DNA of 32,000 bases from Desulfocapsa sulfexigens DSM 10523 (GTDB lineage: Bacteria > Desulfobacterota > Desulfobulbia > Desulfobulbales > Desulfocapsaceae): the NCBI RefSeq assembly GCF_000341395.1, contig NC_020304.1:1770001-1802000 (forward strand), given 5' to 3'. Both the position numbers and the translations under genes were made by a program. The notes under the pieces were generated by a model. The model worked only from the letters and a program-made list of their open reading frames with translations. It searched no databases and had not been told where the DNA came from. Position 1 is the stretch's first letter; each line of letters starts with the position of its first letter. Below are positions 1-9,108 of this stretch, in pieces.

Positions 1-584
1 ACGAGGGAGCAGTCGCTTTGTATAAACAGGGTAAAGAGTTTTCTGATGATACTGCTAAAGCATTTAGTCACAGCAGGAGCTATTTCAAGACCGAAGATCA
101 GTTCCCGTATCTGGTAGCCCTGCAGGCCGAGCAGAGGGTTTACGTGCACCGTAATAATGCGCTCCGGAGTTTCTGCTGCCACCGTTTCAATTTCCATTCC
201 CCCGTCACGACTCGCAATGATAACAATTCCAGAACGGTCACGATCAACGAGTATTGAGAGATAGAGTTCTTTGGCAATATTTACTCCCTGTTCAAAGAGG
301 ATGGTTTTGACTTCTGTTCCTTCTGCCCCGGTCTGTTTGGTAACAAGCTGCATACCAAGGATTCTTTCCGCAGCTTTTTGCGCTTCGGCAACTGTCCTGG
401 CAAGAACAACACCCCCCCCCTTGCCACGGCCTCCTGCAAGAATTTGTGCCTTGACTGCGACGGGCATTGTTATTCCTTCCAGAAGAGAGGAGATGTCTTC
501 TCTGACAGTACAGATTTTTCCTTCAGGAACAGGAATGCCATATGTGCGGAAGAGCTCTTTTGCTTGGTATTCGTGAATTTTCAT
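1..584 (-). CDS. sucC: Succinyl-CoA (ADP-forming) synthetase beta subunit, ATP-grasp, 3' part off the left edge
   Basis: Not in the supplied ORF track because it runs off the edge. Hand translation from ATG at 584: MKIHEYQAKELFRTYGIPVPEGKICTVREDISSLLEGITMPVAVKAQILAGGRGKGGGVVLARTVAEAQKAAERIL... and near the edge FSSIIRKTLYLFIQSDCSL, both typical of SucC. Confidence 0.93.
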   Translation of the reverse strand, partial: MKIHEYQAKELFRTYGIPVPEGKICTVREDISSLLEGITMPVAVKAQILAGGRGKGGGVVLARTVAEAQKAAERILGMQLVTKQTGAEGTEVKTILFEQGVNIAKELYLSILVDRDRSGIVIIASRDGGMEIETVAAETPERIITVHVNPLLGLQGYQIRELIFGLEIAPAVTKCFSSIIRKLFTLFIQSDCSL

Positions 585-621
585 TTAATTATAAACTCTA
601 GTATCCAATGGTATGTATCTG

Positions 622-2517
622 TTATTGTTTTGGATAACCCATATTCCCCAAGGCCCCGGTGATTTCCTCGAGGCTTGTCGGGTCATCTATGGTAGAGGGC
701 ATGTTGTATGGCTTGCCATTGGCAATGGAACGCATGGTGCCGCGAAGAATTTTACCTGAGCGTGTTTTTGGAAGTCTCTCCACCATAGTGGTTTCACGGA
801 GGCAGGCGATGGGGCCAATCTCATTGCGAACCATTTTTACCAGATCGTTCTGGATTTCATCAACCTTACGTTCGACCCCGGCTTTCAGAACAAAAAGGCC
901 CAGTGGAAGTTGTCCCTTGAGTTGGTCATCGGTCCCGATGACCGCACATTCTGCAACATCAGGGTGGGTGGCAATAACTTCTTCCATGGCCCCGGTGGAT
1001 AGACGATGCCCGGCAATATTAATGACATCATCCATACGGCCCATAACGAAAACATAGCCATCCTTGTCGATGTAGCCACCATCACTGGTCTCGTAGAATC
1101 CGGGGAAGGTTTTCATGTAGGAGGAAATAAAACGCTCTTCATTTCGCCACAGAGCGGCAAGGGTTCCGGGAGGAAGTGGCAGCTTGATAACAATGTTACC
1201 TTCCTCTCCTGCTGGAAGTTCCTTACCGTCGTCGTTAACTATCCGTACATCATAGCCGGGGACGGGTAGGGTGGGGGACCCTGCCTTGACCTCCATCTCT
1301 TCAATGCCACGACAGTTGGCAACAATGGACCAGCCCGTTTCCGTTTGCCACCAGTGATCAATAACGGGTACCTTGAGGAGATCCGACGCCCAGTGGTAGG
1401 TGTCTGGATCAAGACGTTCTCCAGCAAGGTAGAGGGCTTCGAAAGAACTCATGTCGTACTGACCAAGTAAGGAACCGGTGGGGTCCATCTTTTTAATGGC
1501 GCGGAATGCTGTGGGCGCAGTGAAAAGTACTTTCACCTTATGCTCTGAAATAACCCGCCAAAAGGCACCGGCATCGGGGGTTCCAATGGGCTTTCCTTCA
1601 TAGATAATGGTGGTGGCACCCTTGAGCAGTGGTCCGTAAATAATGTAAGAATGGCCTACCACCCAGCCAACATCTGACGCTGACCAGAAGACATCGCCGG
1701 TTTCAATATTATAGATGTTTTTCATGGACCAGTGAATGGCGACGGCATGGCCTCCATTATCACGCATTACACCCTTTGGCATTCCAGTGGTGCCAGAGGT
1801 GTAGAGGATATAGAGCGGGTCTGTTGCAGCGACAGCGACACAGTCAGCGGGCTCACTTGTGGCTGTGAGTTCCTGCCAGTCCAGGTCTCTTCCTTCCTGC
1901 ATCTCGGCAGTGATGATGTCGCGCTGAAAAACAATACATTTTTCCGGTTTATGGTCGGACTGTTCAATAGCTCTATCCACCAATGGTTTGTAGGCGATTA
2001 TTTTTTTTCCTTCCACGGCTCCCGATGCTGTAACCAGAACTTTAGGCTGGGCATGGTCTATCCGTATGGCCAATTCACTTGCGGCAAAACCGCCAAAGAC
2101 AACGGAATGGACGGCCCCAAGCCTGGCGCAAGCCAGCATGGCAACCGCGGCTTCTGGAATCATGGGCATGTAGATGATAACCGTATCACCTTTAGTCACC
2201 CCCTGGCTTTTTAAGGCACCTGCAAATTTAGCAACCTCGGTCTGCAGTTCCCTGTAGGAGATTTTGCGGATGGTATCTGTTACAGGAGAATCGTAGATAA
2301 TAGCGGTTTGTTCGCCGCGACCAGCTTCGACATGGCGATCAACGGCATTGTAACAGGTGTTGAGTTCTGCGCCTCGAAACCAGCGATACGATGGAGGGTT
2401 TGAAGCGTCGAGTACTTTGTCCCATTTTTTGATCCAGTCTATACCTTCTGCTGCGTTTGCCCAGAATTCTTCAGGTTGTTCAATGCTTTGTCGGAATAAT
2501 GTGTTGAATTGTCCCAT
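622..2517 (-). CDS. prpE: Propionate--CoA ligase (acetyl/propionyl-CoA synthetase family)
   Basis: 631 aa; N-terminal YNAVDRHVEAGRGEQTAIIYDSPVT, AMP-binding motif YTSGTTGMPKGV, C-terminal LPKTRSGKILRGTMRSIANGKPYNMPSTIDDPTSLEEI as in PrpE. Confidence 0.88.
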   Translation of the reverse strand: MGQFNTLFRQSIEQPEEFWANAAEGIDWIKKWDKVLDASNPPSYRWFRGAELNTCYNAVDRHVEAGRGEQTAIIYDSPVTDTIRKISYRELQTEVAKFAGALKSQGVTKGDTVIIYMPMIPEAAVAMLACARLGAVHSVVFGGFAASELAIRIDHAQPKVLVTASGAVEGKKIIAYKPLVDRAIEQSDHKPEKCIVFQRDIITAEMQEGRDLDWQELTATSEPADCVAVAATDPLYILYTSGTTGMPKGVMRDNGGHAVAIHWSMKNIYNIETGDVFWSASDVGWVVGHSYIIYGPLLKGATTIIYEGKPIGTPDAGAFWRVISEHKVKVLFTAPTAFRAIKKMDPTGSLLGQYDMSSFEALYLAGERLDPDTYHWASDLLKVPVIDHWWQTETGWSIVANCRGIEEMEVKAGSPTLPVPGYDVRIVNDDGKELPAGEEGNIVIKLPLPPGTLAALWRNEERFISSYMKTFPGFYETSDGGYIDKDGYVFVMGRMDDVINIAGHRLSTGAMEEVIATHPDVAECAVIGTDDQLKGQLPLGLFVLKAGVERKVDEIQNDLVKMVRNEIGPIACLRETTMVERLPKTRSGKILRGTMRSIANGKPYNMPSTIDDPTSLEEITGALGNMGYPKQ

Positions 2518-2563
2518 GGTTTTCCTCTGTTAGGTTTGCTGGTTTGAACTGTTCAAAATAGTA

Positions 2564-3154
2564 TTAATGTATTCTCTCAGGTGTTACAATTCCACGCCAG
2601 ATCATTTTAAACATTACGTCTGTCTGGTCGGCTAAGCTTTCTTTTTGTCCCCGCTGTACCCACATAATGAAACTCCGTTGTACAAAGCCGAGCATGAAAT
2701 CAAGCAGGATTCTGGTATCGATGTCGGGGTTCAGTAGCCCTTCTTCCTGGCCCTGTCTGAGGACATCCATAAGAAGGTTGAACATTCTGCGTTGTTCAAA
2801 ACTTTCGTCGGCCATCCATGTTTTCATGGGAAGCGTCATAAAGATTATTTTCGCAAATTCATTATGTTTTTCATAGTAATCAAGCTGGAGCCAGAAAATT
2901 TTCCGGAGCTTTTCTTTCAGGTTAGCCATACCCTGGAGGTGATCGATAATCCTGTCGGTGAGCCTCCCCATCCAGATATCTACGAAGGCAAAAACAAGCC
3001 CCTCTTTATTGCCGTAATGCTTGTATATTGTAGCAAAACTGACCCCGGCTTTCCGGGCAATATCTCTGATGGCCACCGCATGGAAATCAGATTCGGAAAA
3101 TACCTCTAATATGGTAGCGCCCAAACGGTCATGGAAGTCTGAATTGATTGTCAC
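2564..3154 (-). CDS. TetR/AcrR family transcriptional regulator
   Basis: 196 aa with N-terminal HTH AIRDIARKAGVSFATIYKHYGNKEGL; 46 bp upstream of prpE on the same strand. Confidence 0.9.
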   Translation of the reverse strand: MTINSDFHDRLGATILEVFSESDFHAVAIRDIARKAGVSFATIYKHYGNKEGLVFAFVDIWMGRLTDRIIDHLQGMANLKEKLRKIFWLQLDYYEKHNEFAKIIFMTLPMKTWMADESFEQRRMFNLLMDVLRQGQEEGLLNPDIDTRILLDFMLGFVQRSFIMWVQRGQKESLADQTDVMFKMIWRGIVTPERIH

Positions 3155-3412
3155 TTGTTATTGCTGTATGTCGTTAAATATATGTTGTAAAAAAATCGAG
3201 ATCGCTAGTTTTCTGAATGAGAGTAACATTATTACAGGCGATTTATAGTCCCCTGACAGCGAATGTCAAGATAATTGGCGGGCAGGCGTTCTCTTTTGGG
3301 GAAGCCGTTTATTCTGTTTCTCTTCGACAATTGTGTCGAGTGGGGCGCTGGTTGTAGATCAACTCTGGAAATGAGTGAGTGTTTTACATCCCTGTGTGCG
3401 TGTCGGTAATAT

Positions 3413-3850
3413 ATGAGCATTTTTAAAATTGGGTCTTTTCTGCTAGTATTCTTTTTTATCTTTGTGGTGAGCAGTGATGGCGCTGAGTTGAACTGTAGTG
3501 CAAGGGTGTTTTCCGGTCAGGATTTTATGACTCCGAGATCACGGTTTGTAATAGATGAAAAAGTGTATTCGCGGGCAGTTTGTCTGGATCTGCCACCCGG
3601 AAAGTATGCAATGGCAGCAGTATGGTATAATCCATTCCAGCAGGTGCAACGACAGGATAAGCACACCTTTTATCTGAGATCTGTTTCTGGGTACAGCACA
3701 TTTTTCTGGATGAAGGTACTTAAGAAGGGGCCTTTGTGAGGTGCTGTATCCAATAGTTCATATTCTGCCAAATATTATGGAAGCTGGAGCGCCAAGCTCT
3801 CTTTGGGTCAGGGTGGAATTGAGCCGGTACAATTTGTCGTTCAGGAATAG
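3413..3850 (+). pseudogene. Small secreted protein interrupted by an in-frame TGA (uninterrupted part 3413..3739)
   Basis: N-terminal signal-like segment MSIFKIGSFLLVFFFIFVVSSDGAELNC; TGA at 3737-3739; same frame continues GAVSNSSYSAKYYGSWSAKLSLGQGGIEPVQFVVQE to TAG 3848-3850. Confidence 0.55.
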
Positions 3851-4019
3851 AAAAAAAACTTCCAGGGTTTTTTATGGATTGAGATATCTCTCAAGGGGAT
3901 ACCATATATGAAATGGATAAAAAAACAGGAAATCCGAATATGATTTTCATTTACGGTTTGAAAATCAGCATTTGCCTGTGTTTCAGCGGTGCGCAAATTA
4001 AACACAAGAGAGGTCTGGC

Positions 4020-5117
4020 TTGAGCACTCTCCGAGAATATCTTTTTTCCTCGAAAGCAACAAAAGACACTGCCAGGCGTGTTGTTATGGGTAATGAGGCA
4101 GCCGATCTTGATTCAATGGTTTCGTCCATTGCCTTTGGGTATCTGCTGAGTCTGCAGGATGCTGCCAGGGTGGTATTGCCTGTTATGCCAATTTACCGCG
4201 CAGATTTTGTACTGCGCCCTGAAGCGGTATATCTCTTCGAGAAGGCCGGTATTGAACTGGATGATATCGTTTTTTTTGATGAGGTCGATTTCGATATACT
4301 GATGGAAGAAGGGGCGGGGCTAGTTCTTGTTGACCATAACAAACTCGGGCCTGAGTTCGCACACTATAGTTCAAGTGTGGTTGGAGTTGTGGATCATCAC
4401 AAAGATGAAGGACTCTATGGTGACGCAGAGCCTCGAATTATACAAACCACAGGATCGACCACGTCTCTTGTGGCAATGGAATTTGAAAAGAAAGGAGTGG
4501 CCTTTTCAGAGGCTCTTGCTGTTCTTCTTGGTGGCACAGTTTTACTCGATACGGTGAACCTTTCCCGAAAGGTCGGGCGGGTAACCGACCTTGATGTAAC
4601 AGTTGCAAACATTCTTCTTCCCCTTTGTCCTCTGTCAAGGGATGAGCTTTTCGCTAACATCCAGCAAGCAAAATTTGATATCAGAGGATTCTCAACCGTT
4701 GATCTGTTACGCAAAGATTATAAGGAATTTCATTTTACAACGGTGAGATGCGGGATTGCTTCTGTTGTGTTACCAGTGAGTCGGTGGAAACAAATGGACG
4801 GGGACCTCTTTTCAGCTTTTGTGAACTTTGCGGCGGACCGTAAGCTTGACGTGCTCCTTTCCATGAACGCCTTCCGTGATCCAGGTTTCGGCAGAGACCT
4901 TGTAGTCTACTGCTCAACAGAAAAGGCATATGATGCCCTGTTGTCATACTTACACAGGATATCACTGAAACTAAGCCCATGTGAGGATGTCGGTAAGCGA
5001 GTGAATACAAAGGGTGTTATAGGCTGCTTCCATCAGGGAAATCTTGATATATCACGGAAGAAGCTTCAGCCACTCCTTGCTCAACTTTACAGCCAAAATG
5101 TTTCTCCAGGTAGTTAG
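4020..5117 (+). CDS. DHH/DHHA2 family phosphoesterase (PPX1/prune-like exopolyphosphatase or inorganic pyrophosphatase)
   Basis: 365 aa, TTG start; GNEAADLDSMVSSIAFGYL, LVDHNKLG, VVGVVDHHKDEGLYGDAEPRIIQTTGSTTSLV motifs and a C-terminal DHHA2-like part. Confidence 0.85.
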   Translation: MSTLREYLFSSKATKDTARRVVMGNEAADLDSMVSSIAFGYLLSLQDAARVVLPVMPIYRADFVLRPEAVYLFEKAGIELDDIVFFDEVDFDILMEEGAGLVLVDHNKLGPEFAHYSSSVVGVVDHHKDEGLYGDAEPRIIQTTGSTTSLVAMEFEKKGVAFSEALAVLLGGTVLLDTVNLSRKVGRVTDLDVTVANILLPLCPLSRDELFANIQQAKFDIRGFSTVDLLRKDYKEFHFTTVRCGIASVVLPVSRWKQMDGDLFSAFVNFAADRKLDVLLSMNAFRDPGFGRDLVVYCSTEKAYDALLSYLHRISLKLSPCEDVGKRVNTKGVIGCFHQGNLDISRKKLQPLLAQLYSQNVSPGS

Positions 5118-5343
5118 CTTTTTTTTAGATCGGTTCCTGTTTTTGTCAGAATAAGATGAACCTGTTCGGCTCTTTGTTTTTTCCTCCTTCTGTTTTTGTT
5201 TTTGCTATAGTATGATCTTATGAAATCATATTCATGTTTGTTTTGTGCAATACTTGGTAGCGTCCTGTCTGTAATCTTTTGATGTTTTATCGGAATTGTT
5301 GGTGTGTTCCTTTCGGCTGAAGTGAGATACGGTAAAAAGACGT

Positions 5344-6990
5344 ATGAGCAGTGATAAAAAACAATCCATACTCTTTGTTGACAGTGACCCTGTCGCTCAT
5401 AAGAGTGTTCAGGAAGTACTGAAGGACTTTGATTTGGATGTGGTGGTCGCCAGATCCACTGCCGAGGTCTCGGAACTGGTCCTCGTTTATGATTTTGCAC
5501 TTATCCTTCTGAGTGTTACTCCCTCTGATACTACTCCGTTTGATACTGCCAGGGCCCTTGGTAAGAATGAAAAAACCTGGTATGTCCCGATAATTTTTCA
5601 GACAACACCTGAGGCAATTGGTGAATTGCTTGAACAGGGCTATGCTGCTGGTGGTGTTGATTTCCTCCATAAACCATTCCGACCGGAAGTTTTGCGGGCA
5701 AAGGTCAAAGTTTTCCTTGAGCTCGATGCCCGGCAGCGTCAACTTGCCTTTGCAACTGCGACAATCCAGCAACAAAACCTGAAACTTGAAGAACGGGCTA
5801 TTCGTGATAGTCTGACCGGCCTCTATAATCATAATTACCTGCAGGAGCAGTTAGGAAGGGAGGTGTCAATTGCAAGGCGTTATAACACTCCCCTTTCTGT
5901 TTTTCTGCTTGATCTTGATTTTTTTAAAGATGTAAACGACAGTTGTGGCCATCCTTTCGGTGATTTTGTTCTTAAAGAGTTCTCCCGGAGAGTTGAGGGG
6001 AGTCTCAGGGAATCTGATATCTTCGGTCGCTATGGAGGTGAAGAGTTCCTGGTTATCCTTCCCAGTGTTGACAGGGAACAGGCGGCCGTTGTTGCAGAAA
6101 AGATTAGAAAAAACACAGGTACCACTGTTTTCTCCAATGATAAATATGAGCGTTACGTAACCGTTTCCATCGGAGTCTATTCCGGGTTTGGTGAAGAGAC
6201 TGATGCGTCCAGGCTTATAATAGATTTTGTAGATAATGCTCTGTACCAGGCAAAAGCAGAAGGCCGGAACAGGGTTTGTCATTATAGGGGGCCAAGGGGC
6301 GGTACCGCTGGTATGGACGAACATATCAGTGATGTTATAGGATCTGATCAGCAGAACCATCTTAACGCCACTATTGAAAAATCCCGTGCCATGACTCTTG
6401 CCTCTTTTGAGGCGATGGTGCATGCTCAGACCCGTGAGTATGAGCTGCTAGCAGCCCGGAATTCATTTTTTATCAAAGTACTGGATGGACTTGCAGAAAG
6501 ACTTAACCTGCCAGATCAACTTATCCATTCATTCCGCCGTGCCATAAAGCTTCATGATCTTTTTCGCTGTTATATCCATGACTCTTCCCTGAAGACGGAG
6601 GGAGCATTAAGTGAGGAGCAGGAAGAAATGCTGTTTGATCAGCCACTGATGTTGCGAGAACTGACAAATATGTTTGATTTTTTTGCTTCCGAACGGGTTA
6701 TTCTCTACTCTCACCACGAGCATTACGATGGTACGGGGTACCCTGATGGGCTGACGGGGGATGAAATTCCAATGGCCGCAAGGATTTTTGCCTTGGTGGA
6801 TTCTTTTGTCGCCATGGTCACTCCAGCATCTGGAAAAGAAGGCATGACCAGGGAGCAGGCTGAGGCTGAAATGAAGAAGTATTCCGGGAGGCAGTTTGAT
6901 CCATTTCTGGTGGGCATGTTGATGCAAAGTATTGATACTAGCGATTTTTTTAAGGATAAGGAGGATGCTGTCGATGCTGCAGAGATCTAG
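5344..6990 (+). CDS. Receiver-like domain + GGDEF diguanylate cyclase + degenerate HD-GYP-like domain
   Basis: 548 aa; REC fold-like N-terminus, RESDIFGRYGGEEF (RxxD I-site + GGEEF), then HHEHYDGTGYPDGLTGDEIPMAARIFALVD. Confidence 0.88.
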   Translation: MSSDKKQSILFVDSDPVAHKSVQEVLKDFDLDVVVARSTAEVSELVLVYDFALILLSVTPSDTTPFDTARALGKNEKTWYVPIIFQTTPEAIGELLEQGYAAGGVDFLHKPFRPEVLRAKVKVFLELDARQRQLAFATATIQQQNLKLEERAIRDSLTGLYNHNYLQEQLGREVSIARRYNTPLSVFLLDLDFFKDVNDSCGHPFGDFVLKEFSRRVEGSLRESDIFGRYGGEEFLVILPSVDREQAAVVAEKIRKNTGTTVFSNDKYERYVTVSIGVYSGFGEETDASRLIIDFVDNALYQAKAEGRNRVCHYRGPRGGTAGMDEHISDVIGSDQQNHLNATIEKSRAMTLASFEAMVHAQTREYELLAARNSFFIKVLDGLAERLNLPDQLIHSFRRAIKLHDLFRCYIHDSSLKTEGALSEEQEEMLFDQPLMLRELTNMFDFFASERVILYSHHEHYDGTGYPDGLTGDEIPMAARIFALVDSFVAMVTPASGKEGMTREQAEAEMKKYSGRQFDPFLVGMLMQSIDTSDFFKDKEDAVDAAEI

Positions 6991-7876
6991 TCATCAGTCA
7001 TGCCCTCTTCACAAACGGGTGTCCTCCTCTGTTGAGGCCTTCGCACCTCTGCCATCTGTGGCCATGAAGGTCATGAGTGTGGTGGCAGATCCTGAAACCA
7101 CAGCGAAGGAGCTTGAAACGGTCCTTCAGGGGGATATCTCTCTTGTTACTGCTGTTTTGAAACTCGCCAATTCTGCTTTTTATGGACTGAGGCGTCAGGT
7201 GATATCCTTGAGACACGCTCTTCTCCTTCTTGGGAGGAGCGAAGTTCAAGGACTGGTGCTCTCTCGAGTCATGTTCCAGGCGTTTAAAGTTCCAAAGGGG
7301 CTGCAGAAAGATGTAATGGCTGGAGTGTGGAGACATTCTCTTGAGTGTGCCCTGGCAGCCGAATATGTTGCTGAACAGTGTGGTGAGGAGGGATCTGTTT
7401 ATTTTCTTGGAGGGATGCTTCATGATATTGGTAAGCTTCTTATTCTGCAACAGTTCTCAACCGAAATCGAAGATCTGGAACATTATAGCCGACTTGCTAA
7501 AAAGGAGGGGGTTGAGGTTGAGACTGCCCTTTTGGGCTGTGGTCATAATGAACTTGGTTCTCAGCTTCTTCACCGCTGGATGTTTCCAACACTTTTGGTG
7601 GAGATGGTGCAGAGCCATCATGACTATGACGAAATTAGAGTGTATGAGCGGCCTGTACAGGTTTTGATTATTGCTGACCTGCTGAGTCGCTGGGCTGTTT
7701 TAAAGAACCTGGAAGGGGATAGTGAGGAGCAGCGAGATTCGCTCTCTGTGCTGCTGCAACGTTGTGGCGCAGAATCCAAAATCATTCCGGATAAAACCAT
7801 CCTGGCTGAAATGGAGAGTGGATTCAGACAAAGGCTTCAGGAAAGGAAGGAGCTTTTGGAGATGCTGATGTTGTAA
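6965..7876 (+). CDS. HDOD domain protein
   Basis: ORF open from 6932; better starts at ATG 6965 or 6974. LPSVAMKVMSVVADPETTAKELETVLQGDISLVTAVLKLANSAFYG and LGRSEVQGLVLSRVMFQAF are HDOD-like; overlaps the end of the upstream gene (translational coupling). Confidence 0.85.
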   Translation: MLSMLQRSSHQSCPLHKRVSSSVEAFAPLPSVAMKVMSVVADPETTAKELETVLQGDISLVTAVLKLANSAFYGLRRQVISLRHALLLLGRSEVQGLVLSRVMFQAFKVPKGLQKDVMAGVWRHSLECALAAEYVAEQCGEEGSVYFLGGMLHDIGKLLILQQFSTEIEDLEHYSRLAKKEGVEVETALLGCGHNELGSQLLHRWMFPTLLVEMVQSHHDYDEIRVYERPVQVLIIADLLSRWAVLKNLEGDSEEQRDSLSVLLQRCGAESKIIPDKTILAEMESGFRQRLQERKELLEMLML

Positions 7877-8062
7877 CAAAGAGTTCTTCATTGAACAGTT
7901 TCTGATTTAACGGTTTTTCACGTTTATAGGGTAGTTGGGCCACAGCTGAGATTCTATCCTTTTTTTCGCAACAAAGGTTTTTAACGCTGGCCTTCGTTCT
8001 TCCATCTCTCCTTCTTTTTCCCGAAAACATTTTACCTGATTATCACTAATCCTCAGCCTACC

Positions 8063-8082
8063 CGCCTGAGGAGGCGTTTTTT
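8063..8082 (+). terminator. Candidate Rho-independent terminator downstream of the HDOD gene
   Basis: CGCCT-GAGG-AGGCG followed by TTTTTT; an alternative overlapping stem is CCTCAG/CTGAGG. Confidence 0.6.
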
Positions 8083-8369
8083 CGTGTTGATTATATGGGC
8101 ATCTGCGGCCTGGACGGTCGCAGCAGAGCCCCAAGGGATGGGTTTATGGCGTCCCATATAATCGACACGGAACAACTCCGGGTTGCAAAGCTGAGTTTCG
8201 ATGGTAATCAGGATGTTTTAAGACCTAGAATGCACTGTTTGCCCGGAGTAACGGTTTTTAATGCACTTCTGAAAGATGTGATTGATCGGGAAAAAAACAG
8301 TTGACGGAAGATTTTGATGGTGTATATAGGACATTAAGTATCTTATATGTCTTGTATGGGGAATGTTGA

Positions 8370-8804
8370 ATGAGATTGACACGAGCTGGAGAATATGCGG
8401 TCAGATGCATGATGTATCTGTCGCACAAAGGAAAGGGGGTTCAGGTTTCCAAGCAGGAGATTGCTGAGCGTGCTGACATCCCTCCTCATTTTCTGGCGAA
8501 GATAGCACAGGATCTTGCCCGGGCGAATATGATAGAGATCAAGCAGGGATCGAAGGGCGGATACAGTCTGCTCAAGGACCCGGCTGAGATTTCATTGCTT
8601 GAGGTTGTGGAGATCATGATTGGTGAAATTTTTCTCAATGATTGTGTCGCTCGTCCAGTGTCCTGTAGGGTAAGTAAAAGTTGCAGTGTTCATAGAGTTT
8701 GGGAGCGTGCGAGGAACCAGCTGCGTGAGACCCTGGCGGGAGTCAGTCTGGCTGAATTGTCTGAAAACGATTCTTGTGTTCCGCTCTTTCCTGTGCATAA
8801 TTAA
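8370..8804 (+). CDS. Rrf2 family transcriptional regulator, probable Fe-S or redox sensor
   Basis: 144 aa; MRLTRAGEYAVRCMMYLSHKGKGVQVSKQEIAERADIPPHFLAKIAQDLARA, cysteine triad FLNDCVARPVSCRVSKSCSVH. Confidence 0.92.
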   Translation: MRLTRAGEYAVRCMMYLSHKGKGVQVSKQEIAERADIPPHFLAKIAQDLARANMIEIKQGSKGGYSLLKDPAEISLLEVVEIMIGEIFLNDCVARPVSCRVSKSCSVHRVWERARNQLRETLAGVSLAELSENDSCVPLFPVHN

Positions 8805-8865
8805 AAAAGATATTTTTTGTTTTATATAGCTGGGCGAAACAGAGTGACAGAATAGGAGGTGGGTA

Positions 8866-9093
8866 ATGATTGAAAAATCAGCAAAGGTGTTCAGTTTCTA
8901 TCGTGATGGTTTTGCACAGATGACGGTGGGGAAGACCCTGTGGAAGATTATTTTTATAAAGCTTCTTGTCATGTTTGCAGTACTCAAGCTGTTCTTTTTT
9001 CCAAATTATTTAAACACCAATTTTGAGACAGATGAACAACGTGGTGATTATGTCCTGGAGCAACTGATCAGGCCAGTCACTAATACTAACTAA
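8866..9093 (+). CDS. DUF4492-like small membrane protein preceding cydAB
   Basis: 75 aa; FYRDGFAQMTVGKTLWKIIFIKLLVMFAVLKLFFFPNYLN, one hydrophobic segment; RBS aggaggtgggtaATG; immediately 5' of cydA. Confidence 0.8.
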   Translation: MIEKSAKVFSFYRDGFAQMTVGKTLWKIIFIKLLVMFAVLKLFFFPNYLNTNFETDEQRGDYVLEQLIRPVTNTN

Positions 9094-9108
9094 TCGAGGG
9101 AGGAAAAA

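Noticed and set aside
18-576. Plus-strand ORFs 18..257, 271..576 and 378..662
   Set aside because: They are antisense shadows of the well-supported sucC frame on the minus strand.
3881-3890. 10-bp palindrome GAGATATCTC
   Set aside because: Single short palindrome with no neighbours or repeat; expected by chance.
7824-8304. ORFs 7824..8030 (-), 7907..8134 (-), 8095..8304 (+)
   Set aside because: Short, basic or low-complexity, mutually overlapping, and they run across the candidate terminator; no support.
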